A stretch of DNA of 35,985 bases from Naegleria gruberi (lineage: Eukaryota): assembly GCA_000004985.1 (NCBI GenBank), contig GG739157.1. The stretch is one strand, 5' to 3'. A program made the position numbers and the translations under genes. Shown piece after piece: positions 1 through 7,400 of the stretch. A model generated the notes under the pieces. That model made no database searches and was not told the origin of the DNA. It saw nothing but the letters and a program-made list of their open reading frames with translations. Position 1 is the first letter of the stretch. Every line of letters starts with the position of its first letter.

Positions 1-3000
1 CTCTTTAGATATCCAATCTTTTCCAAATCATCTTTAATTGGATATTCATTTGAAATCTTTCCTGCATTATCACAAATGAACAAGGCACCTTCATTTTCAA
101 GGAAGAGTGGCAACAAGTATTGCTTGATAACTCTCTTCACATCGCTCACTGTTACCTTTCCGATATCTTGGAGATTTTCGTAAAAGTTTCTTGGTCCATT
201 GAACAAGGTATTGGTTAAGAATCGAGAGTAGGCAGCTGAAATAATAGTCTCGGCATTATTCAATTTTTCAACAACTGTGGTTGCCTTGGCAGGTTCGAGT
301 GCAGATTCATTAAGCTTCAAGACATTTTCACTTGGTTCTTCATCAGAGCAAACAGCTTCAATAATTGCCTTTGATTCAGCGTAGGCCTTGGAAACATTTC
401 CAACACGAGACAAATACAGGCCTACTGATCCCTTATCTACATTACTAATGATGGAGTAACCATAACACAATCCTTTACCTCTGAGTTTGACCCAGAATGG
501 TCCTTCTTCGCCAGTCAAAAAGTTAATGGCAACACTTAGAGAATGTCTGTCATGATAATTCAAATAATCAGTAATACCCTTATGAACTTTCAAAAGGAAT
601 GCAGAATCAGTTGATCCCATACCTAATAAAATACCTCTATTAACATGTTCGACATATTCAGTAGTTGATCTACATAATCCATTCATTGGTTGGACTCGTG
701 CAGTAGAATCGCAGAGAGTTGCCCAAGGAGCAGTAATCTTTTCATAATTGCTTGGTCCAAAGTGGTCTACATTCATAGTAACATGAATACGAATATTCTC
801 TGGCTTGTTGAGAGTATCACGAAGACGATACAAATCAGCAATGACTGCATTTGGATCTTGTTTCAGTTTTCCTAATGTTTGAACAAGGAATTGTTCTTGC
901 AGTAAAAAGCTTGTCACTGAATGATTAGATTCAGGTCTGATTACCATATGCTTAGATGCTTGTGCAAGAACACTCTCTGGTGTAATCTTGTGAAGTTGAA
1001 CTTCACTGAGCAAAACTTGAATCTTGGTTTCAATCACTTCTGGAGTATAGACGGTATTGTAGAGGAAATTTCTTGCCCATGCAATCATCTTTTCATACTT
1101 ATCGAGTTCAAAGGTTAATTGGAATTGAACAAGTTCTGCAAAGAGTCCAGCTTGTAAATTCTTACCTCCATCACCACTATCATTATCACCTCCACAAGTG
1201 TAAGAGTTAGAAACAGATTCTCTCATGAGACTCATAATGACATTTTCCTTCTTGATATATTGACTTGGATCCTCACCAAGTTTCATATCACATGAAAAGT
1301 TGAGAGCCAAAAACAAAGGAATGTACATTTTAAGATCGAGTGGAACATTGCTCGAGTCCATTAAACAGAACATTTCCACAAATCTCGATGCAATAGAAGT
1401 AATTTGAAGGAAGAATGGAAGTGGTGAAATGTGATCCTTCAACTTTTCAGCAAGCACCTTATCGTATGGTGTTTGAACAAATGAAGGATTATTATCATTT
1501 CTATAGGTGGCAATGTGAATCTCCTCAATGCTGTCCAAGGTTGGGANNNNNNNNNNNNNNNNNNNNNNNNNNNNNNNNNNNNNNNNNNNNNNNNNNNNNN
1601 NNNNNNNNNNNNNNNNNNNNNNNNNNNNNNNNNNNNNNNNNNNNNNNNNNNNNNNNNNNNNNNNNNNNNNNNNNNNNNNNNNNNNNNNNNNNNNNNNNNN
1701 NNNNNNNNNNNNNNNNNNNNNNNNNNNNNNNNNNNNNNNNNNNNNNNNNNNNNNNNNNNNNNNNNNNNNNNNNNNNNNNNNNNNNNNNNNNNNNNNNNNN
1801 NNNNNNNNNNNNNNNNNNNNNNNNNNNNNNNNNNNNNNNNNNNNNNNNNNNNNNNNNNNNNNNNNNNNNNNNNNNNNNNNNNNNNNNNNNNNNNNNNNNN
1901 NNNNNNNNNNNNNNNNNNNNNNNNNNNNNNNNNNNNNNNNNNNNNNNNNNNNNNNNNNNNNNNNNNNNNNNNNNNNNNNNNNNNNNNNNNNNNNNNNNNN
2001 NNNNNNNNNNNNNNNNNNNNNNNNNNNNNNNNNNNNNNNNNNNNNNNNNNNNNNNNNNNNNNNNNNNNNNNNNNNNNNNNNNNNNNNNNNNNNNNNNNNN
2101 NNNNNNNNNNNNNNNNNNNNNNNNNNNNNNNNNNNNNNNNNNNNNNNNNNNNNNNNNNNNNNNNNNNNNNNNNNNNNNNNNNNNNNNNNNNNNNNNNNNN
2201 NNNNNNNNNNNNNNNNNNNNNNNNNNNNNNNNNNNNNNNNNNNNNNNNNNNNNNNNNNNNNNNNNNNNNNNNNNNNNNNNNNNNNNNNNNNNNNNNNNNN
2301 NNNNNNNNNNNNNNNNNNNNNNNNNNNNNNNNNNNNNNNNNNNNNNNNNNNNNNNNNNNNNNNNNNNNNNNNNNNNNNNNNNNNNNNNNNNNNNNNNNNN
2401 NNNNNNNNNNNNNNNNNNNNNNNNNNNNNNNNNNNNNNNNNNNNNNNNNNNNNNNNNNNNNNNNNNNNNNNNNNNNNNNNNNNNNNNNNNNNNNNNNNNN
2501 NNNNNNNNNNNNNNNNNNNNNNNNNNNNNNNNNNNNNNNNNNNNNNNNNNNNNNNNNNNNNNNNNNNNNNNNNNNNNNNNNNNNNNNNNNNNNNNNNNNN
2601 NNNNNNNNNNNNNNNNNNNNNNNNNNNNNNNNNNNNNNNNNNNNNNNNNNNNNNNNNNNNNNNNNNNNNNNNNNNNNNNNNNNNNNNNNNNNNNNNNNNN
2701 NNNNNNNNNNNNNNNNNNNNNNNNNNNNNNNNNNNNNNNNNNNNNNNNNNNNNNNNNNNNNNNNNNNNNNNNNNNNNNNNNNNNNNNNNNNNNNNNNNNN
2801 NNNNNNNNNNNNNNNNNNNNNNNNNNNNNNNNNNNNNNNNNNNNNNNNNNNNNNNNNNNNNNNNNNNNNNNNNNNNNNNNNNNNNNNNNNNNNNNNNNNN
2901 NNNNNNNNNNNNNNNNNNNNNNNNNNNNNNNNNNNNNNNNNNNNNNNNNNNNNNNNNNNNNNNNNNNNNNNNNNNNNNNNNNNNNNNNNNNNNNNNNNNN

Positions 3001-3473
3001 NNNNNNNNNNCGACACCACTATTCTGACCAGATCCATCAATGTGATGAATTTCAGTGATGAAAGCATTATCACTCAATGTAGGATATAAAATATGATCCA
3101 AATAAACTGGTAATAATCTGTAAAATCCTTCCTTTCCTGCTGTTGTCAATTCATAGGTTGTATTAGTATTTTGAGTATATGCATTTGTACCTTGAGCAAA
3201 GCATCTATTTGCAACCTTATCCAAGATACCCTTGTATGGATATTCTTCACTTCCCATGAAAATTAAATGTTCCAAAACATGAGGAATACCATCATGATCG
3301 GCAGGTCTTGTTCTCACTGTTAAATAGGCCTTCATAATTGGTGATTGAATTTTGGCCAATGTAATCAACATGCCCGTCTTGATGGATCTATACTTGTAAA
3401 TGGTACCATAATTTAAATAATCGAAACAATCCACGAGTTGAAAGTTTTTATAGAGTGAAGGTGCACTTGCCAT
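1..3473 (-). CDS. M16-family (pitrilysin/insulinase) zinc metallopeptidase, partial. The open frame continues past the left edge of the window, and the interior 1547-3010 is unresolved N.
   Basis: ATG at 3473-3471 (minus strand) is the first ATG after an in-frame stop at 3500-3498, with A at -3. Hand translation 3473 to 3011 gives MASAPSLYKNFQLVDCFDYLNYGTIYKYRSIKTGMLITLAKIQSPIMKAYLTVRTRPADHDGIPHVLEHLIFMGSEEYPYKGILDKVANRCFAQGTNAYTQNTNTTYELTTAGKEGFYRLLPVYLDHILYPTLSDNAFITEIHHIDGSGQNSGV with no stop. This contains the inverted zinc-binding motif HxxEH (H65-V-L-E-H69) and a downstream Glu (E141) at the spacing expected for the third zinc ligand of M16 peptidases. The same minus-strand frame (codons on + coordinates 3k..3k+2) is open without any stop across all of 3-1546. 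That stretch encodes ...WVKLRGKGLCYGYSIISNVDKGSVGLYLSRVGNVSKAYAESKAIIEAV... through ...ENEGALFICDNAGKISNEYPIKDDLEKIGYLK at the window edge. The N-run length (1,464 = 488 codons) keeps the two halves in frame. The ORF track does not list this ORF, which fits an ORF with no terminating stop inside the window. Codon usage matches the neighbouring genes. Confidence 0.8.
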   Translation of the reverse strand, partial: MASAPSLYKNFQLVDCFDYLNYGTIYKYRSIKTGMLITLAKIQSPIMKAYLTVRTRPADHDGIPHVLEHLIFMGSEEYPYKGILDKVANRCFAQGTNAYTQNTNTTYELTTAGKEGFYRLLPVYLDHILYPTLSDNAFITEIHHIDGSGQNSGVXXXXXXXXXXXXXXXXXXXXXXXXXXXXXXXXXXXXXXXXXXXXXXXXXXXXXXXXXXXXXXXXXXXXXXXXXXXXXXXXXXXXXXXXXXXXXXXXXXXXXXXXXXXXXXXXXXXXXXXXXXXXXXXXXXXXXXXXXXXXXXXXXXXXXXXXXXXXXXXXXXXXXXXXXXXXXXXXXXXXXXXXXXXXXXXXXXXXXXXXXXXXXXXXXXXXXXXXXXXXXXXXXXXXXXXXXXXXXXXXXXXXXXXXXXXXXXXXXXXXXXXXXXXXXXXXXXXXXXXXXXXXXXXXXXXXXXXXXXXXXXXXXXXXXXXXXXXXXXXXXXXXXXXXXXXXXXXXXXXXXXXXXXXXXXXXXXXXXXXXXXXXXXXXXXXXXXXXXXXXXXXXXXXXXXXXXXXXXXXXXXXXXXXXXXXXXXXXXXXXXXXXXXXXXXXXXXXXXXXXXXXXXXXXXXXXXXXXXXXXXXXXXXXXXXXXXXXXXXXXXXXXXXXXXPTLDSIEEIHIATYRNDNNPSFVQTPYDKVLAEKLKDHISPLPFFLQITSIASRFVEMFCLMDSSNVPLDLKMYIPLFLALNFSCDMKLGEDPSQYIKKENVIMSLMRESVSNSYTCGGDNDSGDGGKNLQAGLFAELVQFQLTFELDKYEKMIAWARNFLYNTVYTPEVIETKIQVLLSEVQLHKITPESVLAQASKHMVIRPESNHSVTSFLLQEQFLVQTLGKLKQDPNAVIADLYRLRDTLNKPENIRIHVTMNVDHFGPSNYEKITAPWATLCDSTARVQPMNGLCRSTTEYVEHVNRGILLGMGSTDSAFLLKVHKGITDYLNYHDRHSLSVAINFLTGEEGPFWVKLRGKGLCYGYSIISNVDKGSVGLYLSRVGNVSKAYAESKAIIEAVCSDEEPSENVLKLNESALEPAKATTVVEKLNNAETIISAAYSRFLTNTLFNGPRNFYENLQDIGKVTVSDVKRVIKQYLLPLFLENEGALFICDNAGKISNEYPIKDDLEKIGYLK
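1547..3010. other. Run of 1,464 N (unresolved or masked sequence) inside the M16 peptidase gene.
   Basis: Direct read of the sequence. Length is a multiple of 3, and the flanking coding frames match. Confidence 1.
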
Positions 3474-3669
3474 GATGTTGGAGATGATGATGGTTGATTA
3501 TTATTTGTTGTTGATGCTTTGACAAAGAGTATCGCTCCGATTTGAAGGCAATTTTTTTGATAAAATTCTAAAAATAAAAAAGATAATAAAGTCTAAAATT
3601 AAGTTAAAAAAATATTGAATTTTCAATAATCGTGTTGAATAATGAATTGATCTTATCCAGGATGACGAA

Positions 3670-3677
3670 TATAAAAT
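3670..3677 (+). promoter_or_regulatory. Candidate TATA box (TATAAAAT), about 140 bp upstream of the ATG at 3817.
   Basis: Consensus TATAAA motif seen directly. Its position is compatible with yeast core promoters. No functional data. Confidence 0.3.
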
Positions 3678-3756
3678 ATTAAAAAATTGGTTGTTAGAGT
3701 TGGGCAAGATATTGTAAAGAATGTATTTCAGTAATTTTGTTTTTTGTAAACCTTCT

Positions 3757-3768
3757 AGCTCGCGAGCT
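3757..3768. promoter_or_regulatory. Perfect 12-bp palindrome AGCTCGCGAGCT, followed by the direct repeat GAGCTTT..GAGCTTT (3764-3779). It lies about 50 bp upstream of the ATG at 3817.
   Basis: Read directly. Its reverse complement is identical. It overlaps the 11-mer CGAGCTTTTTG (3763-3773), which recurs at 35639-35649 in the other divergent promoter. Confidence 0.35.
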
Positions 3769-3816
3769 TTTTGAGCTTTCTAAAGGTTTCGTCCAATCTC
3801 CGGTCAACTAAAAAAA

Positions 3817-4417
3817 ATGCAAACAATTGGCAAGCCCTTCTTTTTTCTAACGCTAGCCACTCTATTGGCATCTCTTATTCTCTTCACCAAAGCTGACGTT
3901 CCAGTGAGTTGCGAATTTCCAAACGTCTACGGTGAATGGTCATTCCAAAAAAACTAAACCAATCTATGATAATCAAGTTATTTACAATCAATGCAGCATT
4001 GATAAAGCCAATCTCCCACAGGAGTCCCCAATTGAAACATTCAATGTTGCATTAAAAGTTCCAGATATTGCTCTTCTTAAGAAAAACAGTAAAGTTGTCC
4101 AAAAAGGAAAATGGACCTTAATTTGGAATCAAGGAATGGAAATTCGTTTTTCAAATTTCAGATATTTTGCCTTTTTTAATTATACTATGAATGCTGAGGG
4201 AGTTTCTACTTCAAATTGTAGTAGAATTCTTATGGGTACTTATCACGATAATTCTGTGAACGCTGCCAAGTGGGGATGCTTTATTGGTGATAGGATTAAG
4301 GTGCCAAAAAGTGCTAAAAGATTTTTGACAGATGTCAGTTTGAGTTCTGGAAATGTAGAGGGTAGATCTGAGAGAGATGATAGAAAATATGAAGATTATC
4401 AATATGTTGAAGAATAA
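3817..4417 (+). CDS. Secreted cathepsin C (dipeptidyl peptidase I) exclusion-domain-like protein, about 200 aa, with no papain-like catalytic domain. The reading frame shifts by +1 within the A7 run at 3947-3953, so this is a possible sequencing indel or a pseudogene.
   Basis: Frame 1 from ATG 3817 encodes MQTIGKPFFFLTLATLLASLILFTKADVPVSCEFPNVYGEWSFQKN, then a stop at 3955-3957. This has a classic N-terminal signal peptide, with likely cleavage after TKA. Frame 2 is open from 3908 to the TAA at 4415-4417. It encodes ...KTKPIYDNQVIYNQCSIDKANLPQESPIETFNVALKVPDIALLKKNSKVVQKGKWTLIWNQGMEIRFSNFRYFAFFNYTMNAEGVSTSNCSRILMGTYHDNSVNAAKWGCFIGDRIKVPKSAKRFLTDVSLSSGNVEGRSERDDRKYEDYQYVEE. Joined at the A-run, the product aligns motif for motif with the N-terminal exclusion domain of human cathepsin C as I recall it: CTYLDLLGTWVFQ with CEFPNVYGEWSFQ, NCS with QCS, [25 protein letters not shown] with KWTLIWNQGMEIRFSNFRYFAFFNY, and NWACFTGKKV with KWGCFIGDRIKV. 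The ORF ends about 35 aa after the domain. Confidence 0.6.
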
Positions 4418-4461
4418 ATAAGGTACAAAAGAGTTGAAGGCATCAATCAATAATCAATAAA

Positions 4462-7400
4462 NNNNNNNNNNNNNNNNNNNNNNNNNNNNNNNNNNNNNNN
4501 NNNNNNNNNNNNNNNNNNNNNNNNNNNNNNNNNNNNNNNNNNNNNNNNNNNNNNNNNNNNNNNNNNNNNNNNNNNNNNNNNNNNNNNNNNNNNNNNNNNN
4601 NNNNNNNNNNNNNNNNNNNNNNNNNNNNNNNNNNNNNNNNNNNNNNNNNNNNNNNNNNNNNNNNNNNNNNNNNNNNNNNNNNNNNNNNNNNNNNNNNNNN
4701 NNNNNNNNNNNNNNNNNNNNNNNNNNNNNNNNNNNNNNNNNNNNNNNNNNNNNNNNNNNNNNNNNNNNNNNNNNNNNNNNNNNNNNNNNNNNNNNNNNNN
4801 NNNNNNNNNNNNNNNNNNNNNNNNNNNNNNNNNNNNNNNNNNNNNNNNNNNNNNNNNNNNNNNNNNNNNNNNNNNNNNNNNNNNNNNNNNNNNNNNNNNN
4901 NNNNNNNNNNNNNNNNNNNNNNNNNNNNNNNNNNNNNNNNNNNNNNNNNNNNNNNNNNNNNNNNNNNNNNNNNNNNNNNNNNNNNNNNNNNNNNNNNNNN
5001 NNNNNNNNNNNNNNNNNNNNNNNNNNNNNNNNNNNNNNNNNNNNNNNNNNNNNNNNNNNNNNNNNNNNNNNNNNNNNNNNNNNNNNNNNNNNNNNNNNNN
5101 NNNNNNNNNNNNNNNNNNNNNNNNNNNNNNNNNNNNNNNNNNNNNNNNNNNNNNNNNNNNNNNNNNNNNNNNNNNNNNNNNNNNNNNNNNNNNNNNNNNN
5201 NNNNNNNNNNNNNNNNNNNNNNNNNNNNNNNNNNNNNNNNNNNNNNNNNNNNNNNNNNNNNNNNNNNNNNNNNNNNNNNNNNNNNNNNNNNNNNNNNNNN
5301 NNNNNNNNNNNNNNNNNNNNNNNNNNNNNNNNNNNNNNNNNNNNNNNNNNNNNNNNNNNNNNNNNNNNNNNNNNNNNNNNNNNNNNNNNNNNNNNNNNNN
5401 NNNNNNNNNNNNNNNNNNNNNNNNNNNNNNNNNNNNNNNNNNNNNNNNNNNNNNNNNNNNNNNNNNNNNNNNNNNNNNNNNNNNNNNNNNNNNNNNNNNN
5501 NNNNNNNNNNNNNNNNNNNNNNNNNNNNNNNNNNNNNNNNNNNNNNNNNNNNNNNNNNNNNNNNNNNNNNNNNNNNNNNNNNNNNNNNNNNNNNNNNNNN
5601 NNNNNNNNNNNNNNNNNNNNNNNNNNNNNNNNNNNNNNNNNNNNNNNNNNNNNNNNNNNNNNNNNNNNNNNNNNNNNNNNNNNNNNNNNNNNNNNNNNNN
5701 NNNNNNNNNNNNNNNNNNNNNNNNNNNNNNNNNNNNNNNNNNNNNNNNNNNNNNNNNNNNNNNNNNNNNNNNNNNNNNNNNNNNNNNNNNNNNNNNNNNN
5801 NNNNNNNNNNNNNNNNNNNNNNNNNNNNNNNNNNNNNNNNNNNNNNNNNNNNNNNNNNNNNNNNNNNNNNNNNNNNNNNNNNNNNNNNNNNNNNNNNNNN
5901 NNNNNNNNNNNNNNNNNNNNNNNNNNNNNNNNNNNNNNNNNNNNNNNNNNNNNNNNNNNNNNNNNNNNNNNNNNNNNNNNNNNNNNNNNNNNNNNNNNNN
6001 NNNNNNNNNNNNNNNNNNNNNNNNNNNNNNNNNNNNNNNNNNNNNNNNNNNNNNNNNNNNNNNNNNNNNNNNNNNNNNNNNNNNNNNNNNNNNNNNNNNN
6101 NNNNNNNNNNNNNNNNNNNNNNNNNNNNNNNNNNNNNNNNNNNNNNNNNNNNNNNNNNNNNNNNNNNNNNNNNNNNNNNNNNNNNNNNNNNNNNNNNNNN
6201 NNNNNNNNNNNNNNNNNNNNNNNNNNNNNNNNNNNNNNNNNNNNNNNNNNNNNNNNNNNNNNNNNNNNNNNNNNNNNNNNNNNNNNNNNNNNNNNNNNNN
6301 NNNNNNNNNNNNNNNNNNNNNNNNNNNNNNNNNNNNNNNNNNNNNNNNNNNNNNNNNNNNNNNNNNNNNNNNNNNNNNNNNNNNNNNNNNNNNNNNNNNN
6401 NNNNNNNNNNNNNNNNNNNNNNNNNNNNNNNNNNNNNNNNNNNNNNNNNNNNNNNNNNNNNNNNNNNNNNNNNNNNNNNNNNNNNNNNNNNNNNNNNNNN
6501 NNNNNNNNNNNNNNNNNNNNNNNNNNNNNNNNNNNNNNNNNNNNNNNNNNNNNNNNNNNNNNNNNNNNNNNNNNNNNNNNNNNNNNNNNNNNNNNNNNNN
6601 NNNNNNNNNNNNNNNNNNNNNNNNNNNNNNNNNNNNNNNNNNNNNNNNNNNNNNNNNNNNNNNNNNNNNNNNNNNNNNNNNNNNNNNNNNNNNNNNNNNN
6701 NNNNNNNNNNNNNNNNNNNNNNNNNNNNNNNNNNNNNNNNNNNNNNNNNNNNNNNNNNNNNNNNNNNNNNNNNNNNNNNNNNNNNNNNNNNNNNNNNNNN
6801 NNNNNNNNNNNNNNNNNNNNNNNNNNNNNNNNNNNNNNNNNNNNNNNNNNNNNNNNNNNNNNNNNNNNNNNNNNNNNNNNNNNNNNNNNNNNNNNNNNNN
6901 NNNNNNNNNNNNNNNNNNNNNNNNNNNNNNNNNNNNNNNNNNNNNNNNNNNNNNNNNNNNNNNNNNNNNNNNNNNNNNNNNNNNNNNNNNNNNNNNNNNN
7001 NNNNNNNNNNNNNNNNNNNNNNNNNNNNNNNNNNNNNNNNNNNNNNNNNNNNNNNNNNNNNNNNNNNNNNNNNNNNNNNNNNNNNNNNNNNNNNNNNNNN
7101 NNNNNNNNNNNNNNNNNNNNNNNNNNNNNNNNNNNNNNNNNNNNNNNNNNNNNNNNNNNNNNNNNNNNNNNNNNNNNNNNNNNNNNNNNNNNNNNNNNNN
7201 NNNNNNNNNNNNNNNNNNNNNNNNNNNNNNNNNNNNNNNNNNNNNNNNNNNNNNNNNNNNNNNNNNNNNNNNNNNNNNNNNNNNNNNNNNNNNNNNNNNN
7301 NNNNNNNNNNNNNNNNNNNNNNNNNNNNNNNNNNNNNNNNNNNNNNNNNNNNNNNNNNNNNNNNNNNNNNNNNNNNNNNNNNNNNNNNNNNNNNNNNNNN

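Larger units (their letters stand above)
3474..3816. promoter_or_regulatory. Divergent intergenic/promoter region (343 bp) between the minus-strand M16 peptidase start and the plus-strand cathepsin-C-exclusion-like gene start.
   Basis: AT-rich and non-coding in all frames. The only ORF, 3501-3707 on the minus strand, is low-complexity and likely spurious. The region is flanked by two outward-facing ATGs, both with A-rich upstream context. Confidence 0.6.

Noticed and set aside
690-1118. Plus-strand ORFs 690-875 and 921-1118 (61 and 65 aa).
   Set aside because: They are antisense to the continuous, homology-supported M16 peptidase frame. They are short, with no recognisable domains.
1415-3089. 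Track ORFs 1415-3058 (+), 1515-3089 (+), 1528-3027 (+) and 1439-3073 (-), each about 500 aa.
   Set aside because: All of them are N-run translation artefacts, with only a few real codons at each end. The genuine coding frame here is the third minus-strand frame (the M16 peptidase). The track does not list it because it has no stop inside the window.
3501-3707. 68-aa minus-strand ORF inside the divergent promoter.
   Set aside because: It lies in AT-rich intergenic sequence, the product is low-complexity (FFNILYSSS..IIFFIF), and it has no homology and no upstream start context. It is most likely a chance ORF. A tiny hydrophobic peptide cannot be strictly excluded.
3757-3768. Reading the palindrome AGCTCGCGAGCT as an MCB (MluI cell-cycle box) element.
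   Set aside because: The MCB core is ACGCGT. Here the core is TCGCGA. They share only CGCG, which is not enough to assign the site to Mbp1/Swi6.
3904-3912. Programmed +1 frameshift at GUG AGU U, which resembles the Ty3 heptamer GCG AGU U.
   Set aside because: A shift here would move into frame 2 too early. The homology shows that frame 1 is used through WSFQ (to 3948), so the frame change must occur in the A7 run, not at this heptamer.
3904-3996. Intron model with a GTGAGT donor at 3904 and a CAG acceptor at 3994-3996, to bridge the two frames of the cathepsin-C-like gene.
   Set aside because: The intron length (93) is a multiple of 3, so it would not change frame: exon 2 would begin CAT TGA. 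It would also excise CEFPNVYGEWSFQ, which is exactly the stretch homologous to the cathepsin C exclusion domain N-terminus. No other GT..AG pair in 3904-3996 has both a length of 1 mod 3 and plausible splice and branch signals. The 46-nt GTGAAT...AAG candidate at 3932-3977 is too short and too weak.
4211-4450. 79-aa minus-strand ORF.
   Set aside because: It is antisense to the homology-supported cathepsin-C-exclusion-like CDS. It is spurious.
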